Positions 1-11,690 of a stretch of DNA of 64,000 nt are shown here, in pieces. The notes under the pieces were generated by a model. That model saw nothing but the letters and a program-made list of their open reading frames with translations. It was not told the DNA's origin and did not search any database. Source of the stretch: Owenia fusiformis (taxonomy: Eukaryota). Where the stretch lies: positions 12,958,001-13,022,000 of the forward strand of contig CAIIXF020000001.1 in assembly GCA_903813345.2 (NCBI GenBank), given 5' to 3'. Both the position numbers and the translations under genes were made by a program. The stretch's first letter is position 1. Each line of letters starts with the position of its first letter.

Positions 1-719
1 TCCAGACGATGTTTAGTTAATTGGTATTACACGAAAGCTTGAAATGGAGTTTAATTCCGAGTTTACATTTTTATTTTTCTGAAGTGAAACTGAAAATGTC
101 ACGGTTCTTCAAGAACCGCGGTTTTCAAGATTGTGTGCGAGCTAACCGTCGTGGAGGTATGAACCGCGGTAACCGCAAGCCACGGTTAACCGTGTGACCC
201 CTAGTATAAATGGATTTTCAGGTGGGTGCAGAAGACTCACAAGATTGAACGGCATTTTCCCCACAATTTTGGAATGAAATACTTCCCTGGGATTTAATAT
301 ACCAATGATGTTCACCAAAAGTATACGTACTATTAGAGAACTACTACTTAGATTGTATATATATTAAGCATTTGATCTTCTAATTTACCTGGCGTTTCAA
401 ATTATAAATTACTATGGACATTATGCTTATTGACATGATTCACGTCAATTGACAGGCAAAATGGCAATCTCCTTGTCATACATCTAATGGGGTTATCCTC
501 TCCACTGTTGTACAACAATATAAAACTGAACCATTTTTATGAAAGCACTCAAGGGTATTTTCTGAACTGGATTTAACATACAGTACCATCAACAAACATT
601 CTTTATTTTTGTTCAGGAAAAATGACTGAAGGGTGGTTCTTATGAACTGACTGGTTTATAAATGCCATTTCATGTTCTTGAGAACTATTTATGATATACC
701 ATGCATTTTAGAACTTTAA

Positions 720-1317
720 AGGAACATTCCTGGCCAAACCTTTTCTATCCTGATGTGATAGCTATAATCATATATATACTTTCCATATTTAGCAAAACAC
801 CAGGAAATGTTTAATATAGTCAATATTGATAATTTAAAAATGTAGTGCTCATTTCCAGTAAGCTGCCATCTTTTAAGATTTTACTCAGGAAGTGATGTCA
901 TCGACTTTCAACTTCCATGACCTTGCATATAACAGTATAGGGAAGTAGCACAAAATCACTTCTAGACAAGTGGTTCTTACTTTAAGTGCAAAAATATTTT
1001 CAGAGTTTGTCAGCTTAGAATAATAGAAGAGACTTATAGAAGGATTAAATCATAGACAAAATTGAAAAAGAATGCACAGCTGGTTTTTGTAATTCTTAAT
1101 AGCTCCTTATAATGTTATGCAAAGTTGAGAGTCGATGACATCACTTCCTGTGTGAAATACTAAAAGATGGCAGCCTACTGGAATTCAGCACTACATTTTC
1201 AAGTGATCAATATTGACTATATTAAAACATTTTTCCCTGTTTTGCTAAATATGGAAAGTATATATATGGTTATAGCTACCATATTAGGAGAGAAATGGTC
1301 TGGCCAGGAATGTTCCT
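720..1317. mobile_element. Palindromic MITE, Kolobok-like (copy 1)
   Basis: TTAA|AGGAACATTCCTGGCCA...TGGCCAGGAATGTTCCT|TTAA; long inverted arms; second copy at 10550-11156. Confidence 0.85.
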
Positions 1318-2289
1318 TTAAATTATTCCCCAGTTATTATTTACAATACAATATATATATATCTTACATATTATCCAAAACAAGATGTAACATGCAACCC
1401 AGTTTTGGTCTGAATCCTATACAAATTTTGAAATTGATTGAGGATGTGTTACCTTTCTCAGTCATAAGCCCAGATTTCTTTGGGGTGTGGAAAGTATAGA
1501 GGTCTCCACCTGCCAACCCTTCACTCTGCCCTGATAAAACTGAAAGGCAAATACAATGTTAAAAACATAAATATATAAAATCTGAAAAGTAAACAAACAA
1601 ATATTGTCATGTCATGATTATAAACAAGAGCAACTTCCTAAAAAATTCTCACAATTTAGCAATTAAATAAATTATTTTTCTCATAATATTCTTTCATTTC
1701 CAATTGTTAATGCTTCTGATGATTTTTACAAGACAATTATTGGAATGAATTTGTACTCAAGGGGCGAGGAGGAAAATTCTCAATAAATGGTGTATAGTTG
1801 GTTTGGCAGCATTTTCAGTTAGGGGAGAGTCTTGGATGAAACTTCCACCTAGGTGATAGCTTCACAGAGTGGTAGGAAGTTCTTTTTTTTGAGGAGTTAG
1901 CCCCCCACCCCCCAAAAACACCCCACCCGGGGAAAAAAATTGTTCACAGTAAATAACCTTAGATATTTTGATGTTTGTAAGTGACATACATAGATATTAT
2001 ATATATGAATCATTTGCAGTATAATTGATGCTGATTGCTCCTAAGGAAATTGAATATTAGTACAAAGTGTGTACCCCAGGGGGCAAATTCGTGACTCATT
2101 TTCTTACTATTATGATCCTTACTTTTCAATTAGACACTGTAAGAGGTTGAAAAAATTCATGGGAAATGCCCAATAGCAGGGTTAGTAAACCTGAAAGATG
2201 GAAAGCCATTGAAAAGGTAGGAGCTGAGAAAAAAATTGTTGATTTTTTGAAAAATTTGACATTTTTGACAGTTGGATTTTGTGTATGAC

Positions 2290-3020
2290 TATAGCTGACC
2301 CCTATAGTTTCTAGATCCATCCCTCTATAATGATATTTATGGTTTTATAGTGTGAAACTAAGATGTAAAACATAATTTAGATGGGTTTTAAGGAAGTTAA
2401 AGGTTTTAAACAAGTCCAAAATTTGAAAAATTGTAAATATAAAGTCTCAAATATACATATTCCAGGTATAGCCATGGCTGACCCCTATAGTTTCTAGATC
2501 CATCCCTCTATGATGATATTTATGGTTTTGCCATGTGGAACTAATATGTAAAACACAATTTAGATGGGTTTTAAGAAAGTTTAAGGTTTTAAACAATTCC
2601 AAAATTTGAAAAATTCTGAATATAAGGTTTTAAATTTACGAATTTCAGGTATAGCCACGGCTGACCCTTATGGTTTTTACATCCATACCTCTATGATTAA
2701 ATATACAGTTTTAGAGTGTTGGACTAAGATTTAACATATCCAAAATGAATTTGAAGTCCGAAATTTGAAAAATTGTAAATGTAAGTTTCAAATTTATGAA
2801 TTTCAGGTATAGCCAAAGATGACCCTTATGATTTTTACATCTATACCTCAGGGATGAAATATATAGTTTTAAGAGTATTTAACTAAAATGTAAAAGATAC
2901 CTAAGATGAGTTTGAAGGAAGTTCAAGGTTTTAAACAAGTGCAAAATTTGAAAAATTGATCTCAAAATTGGTCTCAAATTCACATTATTCAGGTACAGCC
3001 TTGAATGAGCCCTGATAATT
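2290..3020 (+). repeat. ~180-bp tandem repeat array (left arm of foldback element, ~4 progressively degenerate copies)
   Basis: GCTGACCCCTATAGTTTCTAGATCCATCCCTCTAT recurs at ~2293, ~2478, ~2660 and ~2820. Confidence 0.8.
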
Positions 3021-3300
3021 GAAGGTTATGAGCATAATAGTATCAACTATGATATCATAGCTTAGAGACCAGGTGTAGAATATATACCTGTTGCAGTAGT
3101 TAGTCTGCTGCATATAGATGGAGTGAAAAGTCGTGAACTACAGTAAAATCTCTCTAATCTGAATGCTACTGGTATTTGGACCAGCTTAAAGCATTCTAAT
3201 TAGGAGTGTTTGAATCTTGAGGTTTTTACATCTACAATACAAGTTCTGGATTTTGAAGAAATATGAATGCATTCTCAATGAAAAATATTAATAATATTTA

Positions 3301-4852
3301 TTCACCTTTCCCCAAAGTCAGCTCATGAATATTATAATTAGGAAATCTGAAATCTCTGACGTCAGAGTAGGGCAAATTTTCGCGGGAAAATCTTAACACA
3401 TTAGAAGTCAATGTGAATCGTGACGGAAACGGGTTAATTTTATTGTCAAATTATGTTGAGTAGTAATAATATTTATGATAAATGTCATTAAAGGATAGGT
3501 ATCGATATGGAGAACTGAATTCAACAATGTTTTTCTCTTAAACCAATCATTGAAAACATTCTGTGAAAAAACATGGTATTTTATATAATGTTGACTGATT
3601 GACAACAATTTAAAGTGAAAATTATTTAGAAATATTTTATATAACTGTTTTTGTTAACATTTTTTGTTTTTTTAGTGCAATTGTTTTTGCTCCTTCCTCA
3701 ATTCTTGAGAATGAAATAAAATGTCTTTCCGAACCTTGTTGGAACAAAATAGCATACAACATGTTTTTAGACTTCTCAATATTAAAGTTATACAAAGGAA
3801 TTTTTGGTTGATTTTAAAAAAGTATTCAAAAAATTAAAACAAAATCCCTCCAAAATAGATAAAAATCAAGAAAAACCTTTTATTTCATTAACAATATACT
3901 TTTTTAAAATGAACCAAAATTTCCTTTGTACAATTACAATATTGAGAGACCTAAACATGTTGTGTTTATGTCGTTTTGTTCCAATGAGGTTCGGAAAGAT
4001 GTTTCATTTCGCTCTGGAAACATGAAACCAAGAACAAAACAAGTGTTTGATGTGTTTTTTAAAACAATATAGATGAAAGTATGTATATCTATTTCAAATT
4101 ATATTGTTACCATTCAAAAGATGGCCATTAAATTGACAATTTGTAAGATTTTCAGAAATTTTTGATGACTGGTTTAAGAGAAGCGTGTGTTCAAAAAGTT
4201 TGCCATATCGATACCCATTCTTTAATTAATTATACTCCGTCTATATTCTCCCTTCTTTATATTGTTCTGGGGAATCAAATGAATAGAGAAATATTAATGT
4301 GAAGAGTCCAATGTTTCCAGTACATTTTCAAATTATGCCTACGGTACAAAACCGCATGTTTAGTTCTTGACTGTCAAAATGTCAACATCCCATGGTAATA
4401 TTAAAGTCGTGTAATATTTTCTCATGGGATGAAGAAGGGGATACGGGCCAAGAAAAAGTATTCGACTCACAAATCTGGGCCAACGGTGCGTTATTTTCAC
4501 TTATGTTCAGCCACCTATTATACCACATGACAAAGTTACTTTTATGTCTGCCAAAGAAGTTTGAGCAGTTGGATTCACTTTGTTAAAAGATGTGCACTCG
4601 TATCACAATTATTTCTATGGTTTGATTTACAGGATGGTGTTTTAAGACGCAACTTAAGACAAATTAGTCAGAAAAATATATTTCACTTAGTTTTGTTATC
4701 ATTTTATATTGAGATCTATTTCACTCATTCGGCGATCTAATAGTAATTGAAGTTTTGGCGCGAAATGTGCCCTGCTTTGACGTCATTGATTTTCATCGAC
4801 CAATCAGCGCAGCGGTCAAATGAGTGCACTTTGGACTTTGGGGAAAGGTGAA
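3301..4852. mobile_element. TIR MITE nested in the foldback element
   Basis: TA|TTCACCTTTCCCCAAAGTC ... GACTTTGGGGAAAGGTGAA|TA (19-bp perfect TIR). Confidence 0.75.
3492..4221. mobile_element. Kolobok-like palindromic MITE nested in the 3301-4852 element
   Basis: TTAA|AGGATAGGTATCGATATGG ... CCATATCGATACCCATTCT|TTAA; related fragments at ~19960-20602 and from ~22345. Confidence 0.75.
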
Positions 4853-5904
4853 TACTGACCACATAAAAAGCTCAATAGCATTCCAAAATCCAATTCAAAA
4901 GTTTTGATATCAAAACAATTCAGTGTTAAACTGACAATATTTGTGCAATTTTGTAAGAAATATGTGATATTTGGTAAAAAAAATAAATATCATCAAATAA
5001 TAATTAATTAGTTATAATCCATTTAATCAATCTATTACTTCACTGTATACAATATCCCTAAGAGCAGTTACACTCTAGGGGGGGATTTATTAACCTCTCA
5101 CCCCTTAGGAACTCTAGGGTAAGGTCCTCAACTCTAATGATTTTTCTTTTAACAATACTTGTAACATGGATCAAACTTGACCACAATATTTTCAACATCT
5201 ACAACATTCAAAAAGAGAGGCATCCAAGGCAATACCTGAAATCGTAAAGGAGGACTGAAAGTATCGCAACAGATTTAGGACAGTCACATGTTGGATTTTT
5301 GCTATTTTCTGAGGATTTGAGGAGGTGCATATGTTAGGCCAATGCATTTCCTCCAGGAAAAGCACTCATAGAGATGATAAAATAATTTCTATTTGAGACA
5401 GGGTGCAAACAACCCACCCACATGCATCAATATGTTGTGTTTTGACACACAGTTAACCCCTTTAAAAAAATAATGCATTCCATCAGGGGTTTAAAAGATA
5501 TCAAATATGGGTGACCAAAATTAAGCTGAAAGTAATGGAGCACATGAGTTTTCCCTATGGGAAAATAACAGGGAAATATTGTTTTCTGCTTTGTCTAAAA
5601 GAAATTTATTATTCCTTTTTATGGGTTAACTATGTCTCAAAACGCAATATATTGATGCAACAAAAATTGAAAAAGCAGGGGTAAAAGGGCTTGAAAATCA
5701 GGACAACATTTCCGAAAAAACATGTGGGTGGATTGTTTGCACCTTCGCTGTCTCAAAGTCCAAACTATTTTATCATCTCTAAGAGTTCTTTTCCCGTAGG
5801 TAATGCAATGGCCTATCATATGCACCTGCTTAAATCCTCAGGAAACAGACAAAATCTAACATATGACTGTCTGAAATATGTTGCGATACTTTCAGTGCTC
5901 CTTT

Positions 5905-6905
5905 GAGACCTGATATTTCTCAATTTTTCAAACATTGCACTTGTTAAAATTCTTAAACTTCCTTAAAATTCATCTTCGGTATGTTTTACTTCTTAGTTTC
6001 ACACTCTAAAAATATATGTTTCATCATAGAGGTATGGATGATTTTGGACTTGTTTAAAATCTTTAACTTCCTTAAAACCCATCTAAATTAGTATGGAACT
6101 AAAGATGTAGAACATAATTTACAAAACCATAAATATCACCAAAGAGGGATAGATTTAGAAACAATAGGGGTCAGCCATGGCTATACCTGGAATTCGTAAA
6201 TTTGAAACCTTATATTTACAATTTTTCAAATTTTGGACTTGTTTAAAACCTTTAACTTCCTTAAAACCCATCTAAACTATGTTTTACATCTTAGTTCCAC
6301 ACTATAAAACCATAAATATCATCATAGAGGGATGGATCTAGAAACTAAAGGGGTCAGCCATGGTTACACCTGGAATTCGTAAATTTGAAACCTTATATTT
6401 ATAATTTTTCAAATTTTGGACTTGTTTAAAACCTTTAACTTCCTTAAAACCCATCTAAATTATGTTTTACATCTTAGTTCCATACTATAAAACCATAAAT
6501 ATCATCATAGAGGGATGGATCTAGAACCTATAGGGGTCAGCCATGGTTATACCTGGAATTCGTAAATTTGAAACCTTATATTTACAATTTTTCAAATTTT
6601 AGACTTGTTTAAAACCATTAACTTCCTTAAAACCCATCTAAATTATTTTTTACATCTTAGTTCCACACTATAAAACCATAAATATCATCATAGAGGGATG
6701 GATCTAGAAACTATAGGGGTCAGCCATGGCTATACCTGGAATTCGTAAATTTGAAACCTTATATTTACAATTTTTTAAATTTTGGACTTGTTTAAAACCT
6801 TTAACTTCCTTAAAATCCATCTAAATTATGTTTTACATCTTAGTTTCACACTATAAAACCATAAATATCATTATAGAGGGATGGATCTAGAAATTATAAG
6901 GGTCA
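5905..6905 (-). repeat. ~180-bp tandem repeat array (right arm of foldback element, ~5 copies)
   Basis: Near-identical units with period ~180 (GGGGTCAGCCATGG at ~6167, 6350, 6533, 6716); reverse complement of the 2290-3020 array. Confidence 0.9.
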
Positions 6906-8427
6906 GCTATAGTCATACACAAAATCCAGCTGTCAAAAATGTCAAATTTATCGAAAAATGAACAATTTTTTTCTCAGCTCCTACCTCTTCAATGGCTTTG
7001 CATCTTTCAGGGTTACTAACCCTGCTATTGGGCACTTCACATGAATTTTTCCAACCTCTTACAGTGTCTAATTGAAAAGTTAGAATCAAAATAGTAAGAA
7101 AATGAGTCACGAATTTGCCCCCTGGGGTACATACTTCGTACTAATTTTCAAATTCTTTAGGAGTTATCAGCATCAATTATACTGCAAATGATTCATATAT
7201 ATAATATCTATGTATGTCACTTACAAACATCAAAATATCTAAGGTTATTTAGTGTGAACAATTTTTTCCCCAGGGTGGGGTGTTTTTGGGGGGGTGGGGG
7301 GCTAACTCCTCAAAAAAAAGAACTTCCTACCACTCTGTGAAGCTATCACCTAGGTGGAAGTTTCATCCAAGACTCTCCTCTGACAGAAAATGCTGCCAAA
7401 CCAACTATACACCATTTATTGAGAATTTTCCTCCCCGCCCCTAGAGTATTGGACATTATTGCATTTAACCAAACTATTTTGTGATTTTGCACAGCAAATT
7501 GTTATGTAAATATTGTTTGATTGTTTATGCTAAATGTTGCCGAATTGTTTGTTCATTGATGCTCATTTTATTTGTTCAGGTATTTTATTTATTATAACTT
7601 TACTTTCTGATGGTCTGTACACTTCTTTGTCTTCATCATCATCTGTGTCATCATGGTCACTGTCAGATGGTATCTTGTATGTAACCTTTTTAGCTTTAGC
7701 TTTACGACCCTGTTTGCCATCTGAAACAAGACATTCATCAATGAGCCTGGATGCTCTAGACTTTTACACTGAGGCAAAATATCACTTTGGCTTCTACTCT
7801 ATTTTGCCTCACACATATTATCATAGCTTTTCAGCAACTTTTAGAGTACAGTGGTTTCATTAGCAGCAGGCAATTTTCGATAGTTGTTTTAAAAAAATCA
7901 CCTTTTGTTTTCCATGTAAAATTTATGATTTTTATTAATTTTGACTGTTGTTTTCATTTATTTAGCCTGTTATGACAAATTCTTGTGAAACCCCTGAGAG
8001 TATATGGCTACAATTAAATAACACTACATAGGGCCAGACAAAGGTTTTGAGTTTTCCACCCCAAAATATAGGGCCAGATAAAATTTTTGAGTTTTCCCAA
8101 AAGATACTGGGGTAAGTCAATTTTGGTCCAAAATGGCCAAAATCGAACCCAAAACCATCACCCTCTACCTGAATACAAGCCTGTGGTGACTGGTCAATCT
8201 ATTTATTTAGCATATTTCAATTTTAATAATTATATACCGTTAATAATTACTTTATGACACACCTCTGGCGATTTTAGATAATTGCTATAGATAAATATTT
8301 AATTGATTTAAAATGAAGGGTCATTTAAACAAGTATATAGTTACATGGATTGTACTCAAAAGCCTCTCTCAACAGAACATTTTAAACATATACCCAGGAA
8401 TAAATTGCCCAAGAATAAATTGAAGGA

Positions 8428-9996
8428 ATGAAGCTACCAATTTTTTACGGAATAATATTCACGAATGGTGTTTTGACACTTATACTTTGGTTGTATTTAA
8501 AAAAACATTTCAGGGCAGAAAAATCAGAGGCCACAACTGAAGCGTTTACATGCAGGAGTATTCACCAATATAGAGATATGAAACAATCAACTAATAGCAC
8601 CAGGAATGAGAAGAGGACTTCAACGCCAAAACAGTTCTTCGCTGCTAAACTTGTCAATGCTCATTTTGATGATTATACATTTGTACAAAATCCAGTGATA
8701 AAGGATACTGGGAAACAGACTGAATCAGAAAATGTGATTTTAGTTCTTGTTATGTCTGACTCAAACGGTAAGTAAAACTGTGTAGTACAAATTAATAATA
8801 TAGAACTCATGGGTACCTGTGTTAACAAAATAATTAGGGTTTCTTAACAAAATATGACTTGTGAAAAGAACGAGAGAACTTGGGCAATTTTAATTTGTGC
8901 GTATGATTTGTTCAACCAATGGAAGACCAATGGAAGGATGGACATACCAACAGATGATTGAGCTTCTATCAAATCCCAGAGGTCAAAAATAAGAATTCAT
9001 GAATTCATAATTACAAAGTCACCAGATAGAAGTTATACATTTAAGCATCTCCTTTAACAAGCAATGCTAAGGCCTAGCTTCTCTTTTTTGACCATTACAC
9101 ATGTATCTTTTGATTCCATATACATGAATATACTTGTACCTTTATAAGTTTTCAATACAACTAAATTAGTTATGTGATGTCACAATGTAAAAATGTTTGA
9201 TGTGTGCCATACTGTAATAATAGGGGTTTTAACTGTTTTTTCAGTGGTTTCAAAATCGTTCAGGACTGTCTTACGCGATGCAATTGGAAATGTTAGCATC
9301 GTGAAGAAATGGAGACTCAAAATATTGTTTCTCATAGGTACAAATCCTACTGAGAGTAGTAACATGATGAGAGTTAAGGAGGAAAGTAGACAGTTTGGAG
9401 ATATCATACTTGGAGACTTTCCTGATGATTATCTTAGTTTTACAATAAAGACAGCTATGGCGTACAGATGGGTGCTTCAATATTACGCCAAGGTCAAGTA
9501 TATATTACGTATCACACAAGACGTTATAATTAACCCATATAACTTGGTCAATCTGGTTGAAAGTATTAAAACAAAGAATCCTGAAAAGGATTCAATAATT
9601 ATGGGTCTAGTGATAACAGGAGCCAAGCCTACCTTTAACCACCCACGTTGGGCATACAAATCCACCATACCTTGGCCCCCTGGTGTTCCGTACCCACCCT
9701 ACCCAGCAGGACCTGCAGTGCTCAGCAGCATCGCAGCAACCATGGCAATTAACACTGCAATTTGTGATACACCTGTCATATTTCCAGACGACTGCTACCT
9801 TGGAATAATTGCTGAGAAAACAGAAATCAATCCAATAGGTCTGGAACATTTCTTATGGAGTCAGGGTGAGCTATTTCTCACAATTAATGAAAAAATACGC
9901 AGGCGCAAGGTTGCTATACATTGCAGGGGAAGTCCTGATATCATGGCCAAAGCATGGAAATATATTCAAAAAATAAACAGGACAAATAAAAATTGA
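8428..9996 (+). CDS. GT31 beta-1,3-galactosyltransferase-family type II membrane protein, 363 aa; exons 8428-8767 and 9245-9996
   Basis: N-terminal TM segment (IFYGIIFTNGVLTLILWLYL). Phase-1 intron with donor G|GTAAGT at 8768 and acceptor TTTCAG at 9244. GT31-like blocks: ILVLVMS, LFLIG, EESRQFGDIILGDFPDDY..FTIKT, RW, YPPYPAG, DDCYLG. Confidence 0.9.
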
Positions 9997-10171
9997 TGCA
10001 TTGTTACATACATATATTACAACTTGCAATATATGATAGTAAATAAATTTTTCCCATAAAGCCTCTGTCACTGGAGATTTGGAAAGGATTAACAATTAGT
10101 GGTTTTTAGAAAATACAAGTTAGTCATTCTGGACAAAGCAAATATAAGTGAAAAGCAGAAAGGAGCTCCTG

Positions 10172-10526
10172 TACCCTACACGCAGAGTCTAGTAAGTTAT
10201 AAACTACCCTCTGCCTAGTATAGAGCATATAACAGTTTAGCAGCCCCCCCCAAAGATTGGTGCTTGTGACAGCCGGGTAATAATTCATTTCAAATCTACC
10301 ACGCTGGCCCTTTTTCAACCAGTCAGTGAAGTGGAAGGAACATGTGCTTAATACGTACTCTTTAATTATGCGATGATGTCACAGGAAATGACCATGTAGA
10401 AAGTCATCCATATTTCGATGACAAACTCTGATTGGCTCGGTGAGATAGAGATTTATTGTAAACTGAAAGAGTCAAGATAGACGAAGCTCTCTTTCAAGAA
10501 GTGAAGTCGAACGAATGCAATGGGTA
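10172..10526. mobile_element. Longest copy of the TACCCT..AGGGTA short-TIR family (9-bp TSD)
   Basis: Flanked by GAGCTCCTG / GAGCTATTG; both ends match the 72-78-bp copies at 19025 and 40383. Confidence 0.7.
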
Positions 10527-10549
10527 GAGCTATTGCAATATGACCTTAA

Positions 10550-11156
10550 AGGAATATTCCTTGCCAGACCCTTTCTCTCTTGATATGGTAGCTATAATCA
10601 TATATATAGTTTCCATATTTAGCAAAACATGGGAAAATGTTTTAATATGGTCAATATTGATCATTTAAAAATCTAGTGCTTATTTCCAGTGAGCTGCCAT
10701 CTTTTAAGATTTCTTGCAGGAAGTGATGTCATCAACTCTCAACTTCTATAACCTTGCCCATAACAGTATAGGAAAGTAGCACAAAATCACTTCTAGACAA
10801 GTGATCATTACTTTCTGTGCAAAAATATTTTCAGGGCTTGTCAACTTAGAATAAAAGAAGAGATTTTCAGAAGGATTAAATAAGATAAAAAGTTAAAAAA
10901 GAATATTTAGCTGGTTTTGTAATTCTTAATAGCTCCTCACCTAATGCTATATGCAAAGTTGAGAGTCGATGACATCACTTCCTGTGTGAAATTTTAAAAG
11001 ATGGCAGCTTACTGGAATTGAGCATCACATTTCTAAGTGATCAAATTTGACAATATCAAAACATTTTTGCGTGTTTTGCTAAACATGGCAAGCATATAAT
11101 ATATATGGTTATAGCTACCATATCAGGAGAGAGATGGTTTGGCAAGGAATATTCCT
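10550..11156. mobile_element. Palindromic MITE, Kolobok-like (copy 2)
   Basis: TTAA|AGGAATATTCCTTGCCA...TGGCAAGGAATATTCCT|TTAA; colinear with 720-1317. Confidence 0.85.
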
Positions 11157-11522
11157 TTAACATCAGTGGTTATTGGAGAAACGTTTTCCATGATTCTTAT
11201 AAAGTCCCCATTAGCTAAAAGCAAAACATCATGTAATACTATGGTTCATGAAACTCGTTCACTTCTATTAATAAATATGTCATAAAATTGTGCACATTGT
11301 ATATCTTTATTCCTTATCTATATAATATGACACATAATCCTACACTTAGTCTTGCAGATAGACTTGCAAAAAGACTTCTAGCATCATAAACATGTTTAAC
11401 ATGAGGAATTGGATCTCAAACTAAAGATATCCAATTAGTTTATTTAAGATATTTTTTCTTGAATTAATAATATTACAACTGGGTAACACTAGTTGTTAAT
11501 TTTTGAACAATTTTAGTGGTAT

Positions 11523-11690
11523 TGTAATGACCCGAAGCCCCTATGTGGAGCTGTAGCGTAACAAGACAGATACAATATACTGGACTTGAAAGCGAGTGTG
11601 CTAAATTTGATGCCCGTGCAGGAATCTAATGCAAGACCTCCCATTAAAGAGTCGGATGCCCTATCTATTGAGAAATCATCAACTATTACA
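11523..11690 (-). mobile_element. 168-bp solo LTR containing a tRNA-like sequence (Helenus-type TRIM candidate)
   Basis: GTAT|TGTAAT...ATTACA|GTAT (4-bp TSD). The minus strand carries a degenerate tRNA-Lys-like stretch (GATAGGGCATCCGACTCTTTAATGGGAGGTC...CGGGC). Confidence 0.7.

Larger units (their letters stand above)
1756..7446. mobile_element. Foldback-like non-autonomous DNA transposon with long TIRs containing ~180-bp tandem repeats
   Basis: TA|CTCAAGGGGCG at left and CGCCCCTAGAG|TA at right. 1756-~2330 is the reverse complement of ~6870-7446, followed inward by inverted arrays of a ~180-bp unit. Confidence 0.85.

Noticed and set aside
100-203. AACCG-rich segment ending CCCCTA, like a hAT right end
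   Set aside because: The partner terminus would lie outside the window, so it cannot be verified.
5905-6905. Regularly spaced repeats as a possible CRISPR array
   Set aside because: Whole ~180-bp units repeat with no unique spacers; eukaryotic context and no cas genes.
7560-7800. Minus-strand acidic/basic coding-like stretch (..KAKAKKVTYKIPSDSDHDDTDDDEDKE..)
   Set aside because: Bounded by stops, no partner exons or recognisable domain; at most a decayed fragment.
9193-9244. ORF-track N-terminus MFDVCHTVIIG of the glycosyltransferase
   Set aside because: Intronic read-through upstream of the acceptor at 9244; the real N-terminus is exon 8428-8767.
11600-11680. Functional tRNA gene
   Set aside because: A and B boxes and stems are degenerate, and the sequence is embedded in a TSD-flanked LTR-like unit.
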